Positions 18,911 to 29,220 are shown, numbered from the stretch's first letter. The stretch is 64,000 nucleotides of DNA from Bacteriovoracia bacterium (GCA_050251055.1 JBFWNL010000005.1:192001-256000); one strand, 5' to 3'. Translations and numbers: made by a program. The notes: generated by a model not told the origin, from the letters alone.

Positions 18911-20443
18911 CTAAGGACAGCGGTACGTTACGCCGCTGATGACCCCCGACAGGTCCGGGGGCAGGCGGCAGTATTGCGCCTGTGGATAGGAATAAAAGCG
19001 AGTGTTCTGCAAGACCACATGCGATGCGGTGAAGCTCGCTTCCCACGCCGCCGGCCCAGTAAACTCCGAATCCTTCACGACGAGATTTTTCGTCGGGCCC
19101 ATGAACAAGAAGGCACGGCCGGCCTCGTTCGTCACCTGGTTGTTCACCTGCGACTTCACGATCGCCACGTTCGTGATCGCGATCCCATTGCCGGCGAAGA
19201 TGCCTTGGGCATGAATAATTCCACGGGTCTTTAGCCCGTATATGATCGTGTTTTCGTGGGAGCTTTCGGGTCCGTAAAACTGATAGACGTCAGGATGGTG
19301 ATCGGGGTCGCTCGGTCCGTTTAGGGTGTCGATGGTGCAGTTCACCAAGAGGTCGGTGCCGGTGAACGGATGGCCACCGATGTCTTTGGCCGTGACGTTG
19401 CGTTGAAGCGCGGCGTGCTTGAATCCATCCATCGCGGATTCAACGCTGGTCTCCGTCACGTATTGGGCTTGATATGCCGGATCCACCCAAGTGAGATCCG
19501 TGAAAGGTCCGCGCCCGATGAAGCGCATGCCGTCTAACCAGATTTGCTCCACGCCGGGGTTCTTGGTGCGGAAAATCGTGGTCGGGCGAATCAGCTCGGT
19601 CGTGAGCGTGAGGAAGCGGACCTTGGGGATGCCCAAGGGCATGGAATTCGGGTTATCGACTAGCTTCACCCGGGAAATGAGACTCGAAGGAAGACGGGCG
19701 ATGGTCAGCCATCGGTTTTGCGTCCGGACTTCGTCGTTCCACGAACCCATTCCGAGGGTATGACTGCCCGGAAGGAGATAGATCGTACCTCCGCCGGCGT
19801 CGAAATCGGGGTGGAGGCTGCGATGTTCGGCTTCGATCGCCTTGGCCGCGCGCGAGATCGAACGAAAAGGGTTACTGGAAGTACCGTTGCCCGTGGTGTC
19901 GTTACCTTGAGGGCTGACATATTTGATGGCGCGGGGTAGGCCCCCCCGGGCATTGGCATTCAGGTAGAGCGAGGGCAGGAGGCGTGGGATACCGACGCGA
20001 GGATGGGCGATAGCCCGTACTTCGATACGGCGGTCTGGGAAGTCGGCGGCTTTCAGCGCGACCCAATATTCTTCGGTACGGGATTGCGGATTGACGCTGA
20101 CCTGGGAAATCGACTTCCACGCACCCCCTTCGACGGAGAATGAAACTCTTTCGATGTCTTCCGAGTGGAAAGCGAGCACGCCTACGTGCAGGGTTCCCGT
20201 GAAATCCTGATGGGGCACGACGTTCCAGCGCGCGATAGCCGGATGCGAATATCCGGGCTGGCTGGGCTGTCCCGTAGGCGGGGGGAGAGCGGTGGGGCCG
20301 GTGAAGCCCGTCCCCGGCGTAAGGTATTCTACGCGCAGATTGGTCCCCTCCGCGCCGGATAGCTCGGCTTCAGCTTCCAGTGGGGTAAAATCCTGGGGAG
20401 GGGCGCAGCCCACCAATAGAAGTAAACAAAGAAATTGCTTCAC
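18911..20443 (-). CDS. Lipoprotein with pectin-lyase-like beta-helix domain
   Basis: Lipobox LLVGC; YVSPQGND..G.GT..NPFRSI motif; HPDVYQ. Confidence 0.75.
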   Translation of the reverse strand: MKQFLCLLLLVGCAPPQDFTPLEAEAELSGAEGTNLRVEYLTPGTGFTGPTALPPPTGQPSQPGYSHPAIARWNVVPHQDFTGTLHVGVLAFHSEDIERVSFSVEGGAWKSISQVSVNPQSRTEEYWVALKAADFPDRRIEVRAIAHPRVGIPRLLPSLYLNANARGGLPRAIKYVSPQGNDTTGNGTSSNPFRSISRAAKAIEAEHRSLHPDFDAGGGTIYLLPGSHTLGMGSWNDEVRTQNRWLTIARLPSSLISRVKLVDNPNSMPLGIPKVRFLTLTTELIRPTTIFRTKNPGVEQIWLDGMRFIGRGPFTDLTWVDPAYQAQYVTETSVESAMDGFKHAALQRNVTAKDIGGHPFTGTDLLVNCTIDTLNGPSDPDHHPDVYQFYGPESSHENTIIYGLKTRGIIHAQGIFAGNGIAITNVAIVKSQVNNQVTNEAGRAFLFMGPTKNLVVKDSEFTGPAAWEASFTASHVVLQNTRFYSYPQAQYCRLPPDLSGVISGVTYRCP

Positions 20444-20530
20444 GAGGTCCCCCTATCTAGGGCTAACCCGTGGCTAGGGAAGTACTGACGGAAAATAAAC
20501 CCGGTCCCGGCGGACACAAGGGCAGTCGCC

Positions 20531-21181
20531 CTAATTATTTTGAAGCGTACGGGCGTCGAGGATTTTTCGGGTTTTACGGTCGTAGGCGAAGTAGGCGCTC
20601 TTCACTTGGGTATCCACCGCCCACTCCAACTCCATCGTCCACTGGTGGGTCTTCTTTTGGAGCTGATTGGGATCGGGATAGTGGGTCACCACATTGAGAC
20701 TCTTGATCCGGATGGAGTCTGCGTTGAGTCCAGTTTGGGAGGTGACGTGAAGACGGAGCTGGTCATGGAAACCTTCGACAATGTTTCCCTGGTGGTCTTT
20801 GAACGAGAAAAACATGTCCGGCATCGCCGTTTCTTCATTCAGAGTTCTGCCGTTCTGGGCTGAAACCCTGGACTTTAGCTGATCCGCGTGGTTGCGCACT
20901 ACGCACTCCAGATCGGCTTCGGCCTCTTCGAAGGAGGCAAACAGGGGCGAATCGAATTTCCCGGTTTGTTTCCAGTTTTTCCCGGCCTCGGTTTTAATTC
21001 GGGGCCGTCCATCTTGAAACAGTAGGGCGTGGTCGAAGGAAAATCCAGGCTGCTGGGAGATCCAATTTGGGTTGGCCGCGCGCTCGCGGGTGGAAACCAG
21101 CTGACAAGGTTCAATGGGGTCGGCGGCCGATTGTGAGACCACGCCGCTCAACGCCAGCAGAATGAAAGTGAGGTGCTTCAT
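20531..21181 (-). CDS. Secreted hypothetical protein
   Basis: Signal peptide MKHLTFILLALSGVVSQSAA. Confidence 0.65.
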   Translation of the reverse strand: MKHLTFILLALSGVVSQSAADPIEPCQLVSTRERAANPNWISQQPGFSFDHALLFQDGRPRIKTEAGKNWKQTGKFDSPLFASFEEAEADLECVVRNHADQLKSRVSAQNGRTLNEETAMPDMFFSFKDHQGNIVEGFHDQLRLHVTSQTGLNADSIRIKSLNVVTHYPDPNQLQKKTHQWTMELEWAVDTQVKSAYFAYDRKTRKILDARTLQNN

Positions 21182-21257
21182 GCGCCGTAGACTAGCATGC
21201 GATATGGCGCACTGCAATAATTTGACGGCTTAAATCTGAAATTTATGCGAATCTAAG

Positions 21258-21623
21258 TCAACGCCCCTTGGCCGCGTGGACGATGACCTTACATCCCGCC
21301 ATGGCGAAACGCTTCATGTCGAAGGGCATGTCTTTGGGGGCTCCGTATTTTTCCATTTCGATCTTCACCCCCCGAAATACCTTTCGGCTGTGGGCTTTGG
21401 ATTTGTAAGTGATGAAGGCGAAGATGGCGGTTTCGCTTGGCTTCAGTTTGCACATTTTCCGGAAGCCTTGCCCGTGCTTCACGAAATCACTCATGACGCA
21501 TTCGTAGTAGTTGATCGCTCCGTGCTTCATCCAGGCTTTCCGGCCCCATTCCGCCATTTTCTGGTAGGCCTTGAGGTTCTTGCGGGGGATGGGAATGACG
21601 AATCCTTCTACGTATCGGCTCAT
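21258..21623 (-). CDS. DUF1428 (YbaA-like) protein
   Basis: YVEGFVIP...AY...W..HGA...MPFDMKR pattern; GGAG RBS. Confidence 0.88.
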   Translation of the reverse strand: MSRYVEGFVIPIPRKNLKAYQKMAEWGRKAWMKHGAINYYECVMSDFVKHGQGFRKMCKLKPSETAIFAFITYKSKAHSRKVFRGVKIEMEKYGAPKDMPFDMKRFAMAGCKVIVHAAKGR

Positions 21624-21740
21624 GGTGTTTGCTCCTATTGGGGAAAGAGTTTAGCGAGCCTATCGCGGACGTCCAGCATCAACTCGCCCCGGGACGTTAA
21701 AACCCTTCGCGAACTCGTCATGGTGTGTTAGTTTTTTTCC

Positions 21741-22922
21741 GTGAATCCAATCGATGAATTTGGGTACGTCGCGCTGATCTTTGGTCTTTTCGTCGTCCCC
21801 AGGTTGTTGGAGCGAGTCTATATCCCTTCGGGCATTACGGCATTCTTGTTGGGCGCCATTTCCGTCGCCGTCTTTGGATTGTTCAAGGACGATTCGTCGA
21901 TCGCGCTTTTGGCGGCCCTCGGCATCAATTCATTGTTCCTGTTCGCTGGTCTAGAAGCGAACCTGGAAGAAATATGGTCAAGTCGCCGGGCCATCGCGCT
22001 GCACGTCGTTTCCCGCGGAGTGGTCATGCTCTTGGCGGCGGCGGCGATCTACTTCACGTTCGGACTTCCTCCGATCGTGTCCATTCTTTACGCGCTGGCG
22101 CTCGTGACGCCTTCGGCAGGATTTATCCTGGACTCCATCCAATCCCTGCCTTTGAGCGAAGAGGGGAAGTTCTGGGTCAAGAGCAAGGCCATTGCCACCG
22201 AGCTTTTGGCGCTCGCGCTGATGTTTGTCTTACTGCAGGCTCATTCGGCGCGCGCACTGGCGCTTTCCAGCCTAGGCATGATCTTGATGCTGGTGGCGAT
22301 GCCGGTTTTGTTTCGGCTGGTCTCCCGAATGCTGACGCCCTACGCGGAGCACTCGGAATTCGGCTTCTTTCTGACGCTGGCGGTGCTGGCCGGCATCTTA
22401 ACGAAGAAGCTGGGCGCTTACTACCTGGTCGGCGCATTTATTGTCGGACTCTCCGTTCAGCGCTTTCGTTCGCTCTTTCCCAGGATGGACGTCGATCAAC
22501 TCTTGCACGCCCTCAAGCTTTTCAGCGCGTTCTTCGTGCCGTTTTATTTTTTTCGCGCCGGGAGCCGCGTTTCGGTCGATCATTTCTCGGTGTCGGCGGT
22601 CGGTTTGGGGCTGGGACTTGCGATCGTGGTTTCTGCGCTACGGCTCGGTTCGGTTGCTTTCTCGCGTTGGCGTGCGTTCGGCGAAAGTTTTTCCGCCAGT
22701 AAGCCGATCGCGTTGGCGCTGATGCCCACCCTGGTTTTCGGGCTAGTCATCGCCGGCATCCTTAGGGATGTCTACGGATTGCCTTCGATCTATTTTGGAG
22801 CCCTCATCGTTTACACCGTCGTGGTGACGGTTTTGCCGGGCTTTATCCTGCGGAACACCCGCATTCAAGACGTTCACGAGCCATTTGAACTCGTGGATCG
22901 ACCCTCGGCGGTGAAGGCATGA
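21741..22922 (+). CDS. Cation:proton antiporter (CPA2-like)
   Basis: LFLFAGLE, GAFIVG, FVPFYFF motifs; about 12 TM. Confidence 0.82.
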   Translation: MNPIDEFGYVALIFGLFVVPRLLERVYIPSGITAFLLGAISVAVFGLFKDDSSIALLAALGINSLFLFAGLEANLEEIWSSRRAIALHVVSRGVVMLLAAAAIYFTFGLPPIVSILYALALVTPSAGFILDSIQSLPLSEEGKFWVKSKAIATELLALALMFVLLQAHSARALALSSLGMILMLVAMPVLFRLVSRMLTPYAEHSEFGFFLTLAVLAGILTKKLGAYYLVGAFIVGLSVQRFRSLFPRMDVDQLLHALKLFSAFFVPFYFFRAGSRVSVDHFSVSAVGLGLGLAIVVSALRLGSVAFSRWRAFGESFSASKPIALALMPTLVFGLVIAGILRDVYGLPSIYFGALIVYTVVVTVLPGFILRNTRIQDVHEPFELVDRPSAVKA

Positions 22923-25123
22923 CAACCATGGCGCCGCAGCGAAAACTATTCGGTACGTTCCAAGGGGTGTTCGTCCCGAGCGTACTTACCATCTTCGGCG
23001 TGATCATGTACTTGCGCCTGGGCTGGGTCGCGGGGCAGGCCGGACTGCTCGGCACCATCGTGATCGTCACCCTGGGTACCTCGATCACTTTCTTGACCGC
23101 GCTTTCCATTTCCTCGATCGCGACTAATATGCGGGTCGGCGCCGGAGGCGCTTACTATATGATCTCGCGCTCCTTCGGGCTCGAAGCGGGCGCTGCGGTG
23201 GGGCTGCCCCTCTTTTTCGCGCAGGCCTTGGGGATTTCGTTTTACGTCACGGGTTTCGCTGAAAGCGTCCATGGTTTTTTTCCCGAGCTACCCACGCAAA
23301 CGATCGCGATCGCATCCGTCATTGGCTTGGGAGTGGTCGCCTATTTTTCGGCAAGCGCGGCCCTGAAAACCCAGCTCCTGATCCTGGCGATCATTCTGGT
23401 TTCTCTCGTTTCTTTTTTCCTGGGCGCCGCCCCCGCGGAATCCCTGGCTCGGCCACCGACCGCGGCGCTGCCCGATGTGTCGTTTTGGGCGGTATTCGCG
23501 GTTTTCTTTCCAGCCGTCACCGGTATCGAAGCCGGAGTGGCGATGTCGGGCGACCTTAAGAATCCGTCGAAATCCTTGCCGATCGGGACCCTGGGCGCGG
23601 TTTTGGCGGGATATATCGTCTATCTCTTAATCCCCATTCTTTTGCTCTCTAAAGTTCCGCAGGAAGTATTAAAGTACGACACCACGATTATTCAGAAGTT
23701 CGCGCGCTGGGAAGCCGCGGTGGTCGCCGGGATTTGGGGCGCGACCCTTTCGAGCGCCTTGGGTGCGCTCATGGGTGCTCCGCGAACTCTGCAAGCGATG
23801 GCGCGGGATCGGCTCGTACCTCAGTTTCTGGGCAAAGGATTCGGCGTCTCCGACGAACCACGTTTAGCCACGCTGCTTGCCATTGGCATCGCGATCGTTG
23901 GTATCCGCATGGGCGACTTGAACGTGATCGCGCCCGTGCTTTCGATGTTTTTCCTGACGTCCTACGCATTCATCAATCTCGCCACGTCGGTGGAGGGTTT
24001 GGTCGGCAGCCCGACTTGGCGACCGAGTTTCCGTACCCCTCCATGGATCAGCCTGACGGGCACGGCGGCCTGCGTCTGCGCGATGCTCATGATCGACGCG
24101 GGGGCAACGCTCATGGCGGGGGTGCTGACTTACGCGGTCTATTGGCTGACCAAGAAACGCGGGTTGGCCCACCGCTGGGCGGATTTGCGGCGTGGCGTTT
24201 TATATATGTTGGCGCGTTCGGCCATTTACCGGCTGGATCGTTTCGACGCAGAGGCCGCAAAGACCTGGCGACCCAATCTTTTGGTGATGACCGGTTCGCC
24301 GACCCATCGTTGGTACCTAATTGATCTCGCGCGGTCCTTGACGCTCGGGAAAGGATTTTTGGCGATTTCGACGATCGTACCGAAGGCGGGGCTGACCGCC
24401 GAGCGGCTGTCCTCGATCGAAGGGACGATCCGCCGTTTTTTGGCGGGTAAGAACGTGCCCGCGCTTGTCGAAGTTTCCGCTTCGGATGATCCGCCAGCGG
24501 CGGCCCGGCATTTGGTCGAGAACTTTGGCCTGGGTCCGATCTATCCGAACACGATCTTACTGGGTACCAGTGCTGAAGCGGGTCTACCGGATTTGACGGA
24601 TCTGATCTTTACCGCCCAGCAAGCGCGTCGAAACGTGCTCGTTCTGCGCGACTTGGAGCCCGCGGATCCCGAAGCGCGTCCGAGACGGCATCGCGGGATC
24701 ATCCGCGTGTGGTGGAATCGGGACTTCAAGCAGAACGCAAACCTCATGTTGGCCATCGCGCACCTGCTGCATGGCACGCCCGCCTGGCGGCGATGCGACC
24801 TCCGGCTTTGTTCGCTCGTGCGCTCCGAGCCCGAGCAAGCCGGCGCTTTGGAGTTTCTGGAAGAGTTTTTGGGCAAGGCACGAGTCTCGGCCGAACCCGA
24901 GGTCTTCGTTAAGCCAGCCGAGCGTGGCTGGTATGAATCCGTGGGCGAGCTTTCCGCCGACTCCGAACTCTCCTTGGTGGGGATCAAGCCGTTACAGGAA
25001 GGCGGGAATGAGGCGGATCTTCGCGAACATTGCCGAGAGCTTTTCTCTTCCGCGAAAACGCTCAAGCGGGTACTTTTCGTTTCGGCTGCCCAGGATTTGG
25101 ATTTCCAAAAAATCTTCGACTAG
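22919..25123 (+). CDS. Cation-chloride cotransporter (SLC12/NKCC-KCC-like, APC superfamily)
   Basis: FGTFQGVFVPS, GVIMYLRLGW, GGAYYMISRS, FFPAVTGI.AG, SGDLKNP, WRPSF and WRPNLLV motifs. Confidence 0.92.
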   Translation: MTTMAPQRKLFGTFQGVFVPSVLTIFGVIMYLRLGWVAGQAGLLGTIVIVTLGTSITFLTALSISSIATNMRVGAGGAYYMISRSFGLEAGAAVGLPLFFAQALGISFYVTGFAESVHGFFPELPTQTIAIASVIGLGVVAYFSASAALKTQLLILAIILVSLVSFFLGAAPAESLARPPTAALPDVSFWAVFAVFFPAVTGIEAGVAMSGDLKNPSKSLPIGTLGAVLAGYIVYLLIPILLLSKVPQEVLKYDTTIIQKFARWEAAVVAGIWGATLSSALGALMGAPRTLQAMARDRLVPQFLGKGFGVSDEPRLATLLAIGIAIVGIRMGDLNVIAPVLSMFFLTSYAFINLATSVEGLVGSPTWRPSFRTPPWISLTGTAACVCAMLMIDAGATLMAGVLTYAVYWLTKKRGLAHRWADLRRGVLYMLARSAIYRLDRFDAEAAKTWRPNLLVMTGSPTHRWYLIDLARSLTLGKGFLAISTIVPKAGLTAERLSSIEGTIRRFLAGKNVPALVEVSASDDPPAAARHLVENFGLGPIYPNTILLGTSAEAGLPDLTDLIFTAQQARRNVLVLRDLEPADPEARPRRHRGIIRVWWNRDFKQNANLMLAIAHLLHGTPAWRRCDLRLCSLVRSEPEQAGALEFLEEFLGKARVSAEPEVFVKPAERGWYESVGELSADSELSLVGIKPLQEGGNEADLREHCRELFSSAKTLKRVLFVSAAQDLDFQKIFD

Positions 25124-26982
25124 TGGGCGGCTTTTCGTGTCGGGGTGCGAAGGATCTTGATCACGCACCATTCGAAGGTAGCAATTGACCAAAGGAAGTC
25201 GGGTTGGGGCGCGTACTTCGATCCGTCGTCGATGGGCGCGGCCACCCGGTCGACATCCACGCGCTCGATCATGGTTCCTTCGTTATGGAAAACGCGGGTA
25301 AGCGCCTCCACCCACTTTCGCGCGATTCTCCGCGAGTCGTCGACGTAGCCATATTGACTCAAGCCTTGGATCGCGAAGTACTGGTAAGGCGCCCAGCCGT
25401 TGCTCCCGTCCCACTGGTGCGGCGAGCGGGGAGCTAACGAGGCCCGAATTCCACCCGGCCCTTCCAACGCCGCTCCGGCGCTTCGGAGGGCCGCCGCCTG
25501 CTCCGGTGACGCGAGCTCCGCGAAAAGCGGGGCGAAGGTGTTGCCGGAAACGACGGCGACCGGTCGTCGTTCCCGTAGGTGGTAATTGTAATAGAATCCC
25601 GTTTGGGGATCCCAAAGATATCGGTTCATCGCATCGATTCGCTTCCGCCGGGCCTCCCGGTAAAAAGCGGACTTTGCATCGTCGCCGAGTTGCTCGGCCA
25701 TCCAGGCCAGGTCCGCTTCCACTTTTCCCAGGACCGAGTTGAGCAATACGCTGGCGATCTGCGTCGCTTCTCCCTCGTGCGTCTCTGTAAAGTCTTCTCC
25801 CGACTCCGCGCCGGCCCGAACATCCCGATAGGTTCGTCCCAGGCGTTTCTCGTCATCGGCCCCGAAGCGTTCGGGGCGGGGAAGGTTCACGGCGTCCCAG
25901 TGGTGGTTGAGGCCGGTCTTGGCATCGTAACGGGTCGCGGGATTCATCCAAAAATCACGGTATTCGCCTTCGAGCAGCGGGAGGGCGCGGCGATGAAGCC
26001 ACTCGCGCAACCGTGCGATTTTGGCCGCGTTGCTCCGCGCCTCGGCCAACGACGCTTCAAACACGTTCCTCGTCATTGACGAAAGCAGCGGCGGCTGCGA
26101 ACGCGTGAGGTAGTAATCGCGTCCGCCGTTTGGAACGAAGCCGAACTTTCTCACCGACGACAGAAGATTTTCCACCTGCATCTGCGCGAGTTCGAGCCGC
26201 CCGGTCGCCAGCGCGCCTTCCACGCCAAAAAATAAATCCCAGTTGTAGTATTCCGAGAATCGGCCGCCGGGAATCAAAGTGGGGTAGGGCGTACCTAGGG
26301 CGCTGCTGCCGGCGCGCGGGGAGAGCACCCGCAGAAGCTTCGACCACGTGTTTTCCGCGTAAGCGAAAGCGGCGTCGACGCGTGAGTCACCCGATTGAAT
26401 TCGCCACCGCGGGCGTCCGATGGTCGTGACCGCCGGAACGAAGTCATCTCCCGCCTCGTAGGCGCCATCGATCCACGTCTTTAAAAATGCCCGCTCCCCG
26501 TCGGCGCCACCGCCGGCCGCGGCCCTGGCTTGTTCGGCACGTCGATGCAGTTTTTGCTTGGCCCCAGGATCAAGCGCACGGGGCTTTAGGTCGCTCACGT
26601 GCTTGAAATCGGGATAGGCGCCCGCGATCCGTGCCTGTTCCAGAATAGGGTCGGTCACTCCGGCCGATGCTTCACGGGAGATCGCGACGGCCCGCGCGGG
26701 TAGGGTCACGAGCGAGAGTTCGTCCAGATCCGGCACCTGCGGGTATGCGGTGCCCGCACGCAGCGATTCGATGTGCGCGACCATCGCCTCGAAGCGCGCC
26801 AGCTCGGCGGACGAAGGGAAAACCCGTCCGTAGATCCGGCGAAGCATCGTCTGCCGGAGACAATCAAGACGGCTGGCCCACCCCGCAGGAGAGCGCTCGA
26901 ACCCAACTTGGGGCAGCGGAAGGTGGTCCCAGGTCGTGGCGAGGACCAGTAGTGCGGTAAGAAAAGCATGACGGACCCGCAT
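25120..26982 (-). CDS. Secreted trehalase (GH37)
   Basis: PGGRFSEYYNWD, PNGGRDYYLTRSQPP, PRPE, AESG.DF, QWDG.NGWAP motifs. Confidence 0.9.
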   Translation of the reverse strand: MRVRHAFLTALLVLATTWDHLPLPQVGFERSPAGWASRLDCLRQTMLRRIYGRVFPSSAELARFEAMVAHIESLRAGTAYPQVPDLDELSLVTLPARAVAISREASAGVTDPILEQARIAGAYPDFKHVSDLKPRALDPGAKQKLHRRAEQARAAAGGGADGERAFLKTWIDGAYEAGDDFVPAVTTIGRPRWRIQSGDSRVDAAFAYAENTWSKLLRVLSPRAGSSALGTPYPTLIPGGRFSEYYNWDLFFGVEGALATGRLELAQMQVENLLSSVRKFGFVPNGGRDYYLTRSQPPLLSSMTRNVFEASLAEARSNAAKIARLREWLHRRALPLLEGEYRDFWMNPATRYDAKTGLNHHWDAVNLPRPERFGADDEKRLGRTYRDVRAGAESGEDFTETHEGEATQIASVLLNSVLGKVEADLAWMAEQLGDDAKSAFYREARRKRIDAMNRYLWDPQTGFYYNYHLRERRPVAVVSGNTFAPLFAELASPEQAAALRSAGAALEGPGGIRASLAPRSPHQWDGSNGWAPYQYFAIQGLSQYGYVDDSRRIARKWVEALTRVFHNEGTMIERVDVDRVAAPIDDGSKYAPQPDFLWSIATFEWCVIKILRTPTRKAAH

Positions 26983-27081
26983 CTTTAACTTATCGGAGCG
27001 TTGCCGGATTTTTAGGCCGGATTATTTCTTGATCGTCAAAGAGCTGACGGAAGGGGCGGGCCGATCAAGGCTGAAGCGAGG

Positions 27082-27855
27082 CTAATTAGGCCTTTCGCCG
27101 GTTTTCAAGGACTCCAGGACTTTGATTAGGTCCAACGTCTCAGCGCGTTTTTTATAATCGGCATCGAGATAAGAATAAACAATATGCCCCTGCTTGTCCG
27201 CGATATAGGTGGCGCTGACCGGAAGTTCATCAGAGTTATTGCCATTTGATTTCTGCAGGTCGATGCCGAAATCCCGGTAGAGTTGCACGAGGTTTTTGGG
27301 GAGTTTATACACAAGCCCAAACTTCTTGGCGATTTTGTTCCCCACATCACTGAGTACATAAAACTTTAACTCCGCTTTTTGCGCGGTGGTCAAGCTATTG
27401 TTCGGAGTCTGCGGGGAAATGGCTATGAGCTGAGCCCCCAGGGCCTGAATTTTTTCGAGATGCTTCTGCAAATCATGAAGCTGAAGGTTGCAATAGGGAC
27501 ACCATCCTCCCCGGTAGAAGACGATGACTAAAGGACCGTGCTCGAACAGGGAGTTTGTATCTATGGACTTTCCATCTACGTTTGGGAGCTGGAAGCGTGG
27601 AACCGTATCTCCTTTCTTTAACGCATGATCGACAAGGTGGGACTTTCGGAGCTGATCGATGGCTCCGTCCATGATTTTTCGCTTCTCCGAAGGCGTCTTG
27701 GCCTTCGCGGCCTCCACTTTTTCATGAAGTTGTTCAGTCAACGATTTTTCCGCGGTCTTGACCGCTGGCTCTGTTGCGACACCAGCCGTGACAAGCATCG
27801 GAATTAAGACCGTCAGGAATAGACTAGTGTATACGCGTTGCTTCAAAGAGTTCAT
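27082..27855 (-). CDS. Peroxiredoxin-like AhpC/TSA family protein
   Basis: FYRGGWCPYCN, AISPQ, LSDVGN, LPVSATY; GAAGG before ATG 27855. Confidence 0.9.
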   Translation of the reverse strand: MNSLKQRVYTSLFLTVLIPMLVTAGVATEPAVKTAEKSLTEQLHEKVEAAKAKTPSEKRKIMDGAIDQLRKSHLVDHALKKGDTVPRFQLPNVDGKSIDTNSLFEHGPLVIVFYRGGWCPYCNLQLHDLQKHLEKIQALGAQLIAISPQTPNNSLTTAQKAELKFYVLSDVGNKIAKKFGLVYKLPKNLVQLYRDFGIDLQKSNGNNSDELPVSATYIADKQGHIVYSYLDADYKKRAETLDLIKVLESLKTGERPN

Positions 27856-28029
27856 AGACCTTCCTTCGGCAGTTGATTGCCTGGTACCGGTGAAGAAGCT
27901 TCCGGGGAGTCTTCGTGACTGGTATAACATATTTCCTGGAAACCGGTTCACATCAAACGGATCTGCGGCTCGGGCGTGGTAAGGGGCGGCAGTAAGGATA
28001 CATAGCTAAGTTAGATCTGGAGGTAGGCC

Positions 28030-28902
28030 TTGAAAAATATTGCCGTTATCGGCGCGACGGGAATGCTTGGAAACCCAGTGGCCAAAAGGTTTTCCGACGC
28101 GGGTTATAATGTAACTTTGTTGGCGAGGGATTCAAAAAAAGCATTCGACACGTTCGGCCCAGGCTTCAAACTCGTCACAGGCGACCTTCAGGATGTTGAC
28201 TCACTAAAGCGGCTACTTTCTGGTCAGGATGAGCTTTATTTGAATTTGTCGGTAGATCAAAAAAGCAAGCAAAGTGATTTTCAGCCGGAGCGGGAAGGGT
28301 TGGCGAATGTTTTGCGGGCGGCGCAAGGCGCCTCGATCAAGAGAATCGGCTACATATCGTCCCTAGTTCAATTTTACCAGGGTCAAAATGGATTCAACTG
28401 GTGGGTGTTCGAGATAAAGCGAAACGCCGTTGCCCAAGTCAAAGATAGCGGGATCCCGTACTCAATATTTTATCCATCGACGTTCATGGAAAACTTCGAC
28501 AAAGGTGAATACATTCAGGGAAATAAAATAATCCTCGTCGGGGAGTCCAAGTACAAAATGCATTTCGTCTCCGGCATTGACTACGCGAAGCAGGTCGTCA
28601 AGGCGTTTCAGTTGCCCGATGGTCGCCAGGAGTATGTGGTTCAGGGGCTGGTTGGTTATACCGCCAATGAAGCAGCTGAGGTTTTTTTAAAAAGATACTC
28701 AAGGAAAAAGCTAAAAATTTCTCGGGTCCCCATCGGTATTCTGAAGGTGCTTGGTGCTTTTTCGCGGAAGATAAATTTTGGCGCACATATCATTGAAGCA
28801 TTGAATAATTATCCGGAAAAATTTGAGGCGGAAAAAACGTGGGTTGACTTAGGTAAACCTGAAGTGACGTTAGAAGATTATATTTCTAGAGTTTCAGTAT
28901 GA
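28030..28902 (+). CDS. NmrA/atypical SDR NAD(P)-binding protein
   Basis: IAVIGATGMLG Rossmann motif; GGAGG RBS with TTG start. Confidence 0.85.
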   Translation: MKNIAVIGATGMLGNPVAKRFSDAGYNVTLLARDSKKAFDTFGPGFKLVTGDLQDVDSLKRLLSGQDELYLNLSVDQKSKQSDFQPEREGLANVLRAAQGASIKRIGYISSLVQFYQGQNGFNWWVFEIKRNAVAQVKDSGIPYSIFYPSTFMENFDKGEYIQGNKIILVGESKYKMHFVSGIDYAKQVVKAFQLPDGRQEYVVQGLVGYTANEAAEVFLKRYSRKKLKISRVPIGILKVLGAFSRKINFGAHIIEALNNYPEKFEAEKTWVDLGKPEVTLEDYISRVSV

Positions 28903-29201
28903 TTTTAGTTACGCAATTGCTTTATTTGGTAGCCGGTAAAGAGCGAGAGTTTGACGAATTCGAAAACATGGCTATTCCCCTAATTCAAAAATATAGAGGG
29001 AGACTTTTGCTTAGAATTCGGCCCACCCAAGAAAGCGTCGTGGATCACGGGATTCCCATTCCTTATGAGGTCCATCTCATTGAGTTTCGGACGGACGAGG
29101 ATTTCCGCCTTTTTTTAGGTGATGACGATCGAAAAAATTATCTTCATCTAAAGCAGCAGTCCGTTAGTGAGGCGGTTTTGATTCAGGGGGCCAGGCTTTA
29201 G
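28899..29201 (+). CDS. DUF1330-like protein
   Basis: KYRGRLLLR...EVHLIEF pattern; 4-nt overlap with upstream gene. Confidence 0.75.
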   Translation: MILVTQLLYLVAGKEREFDEFENMAIPLIQKYRGRLLLRIRPTQESVVDHGIPIPYEVHLIEFRTDEDFRLFLGDDDRKNYLHLKQQSVSEAVLIQGARL

Positions 29202-29220
29202 TGCCGAGCCCATTTGACCT

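Noticed and set aside
21974-22702. 242-aa alternative-frame ORF
   Set aside because: Arg/Gly-rich off-frame reading inside the antiporter gene
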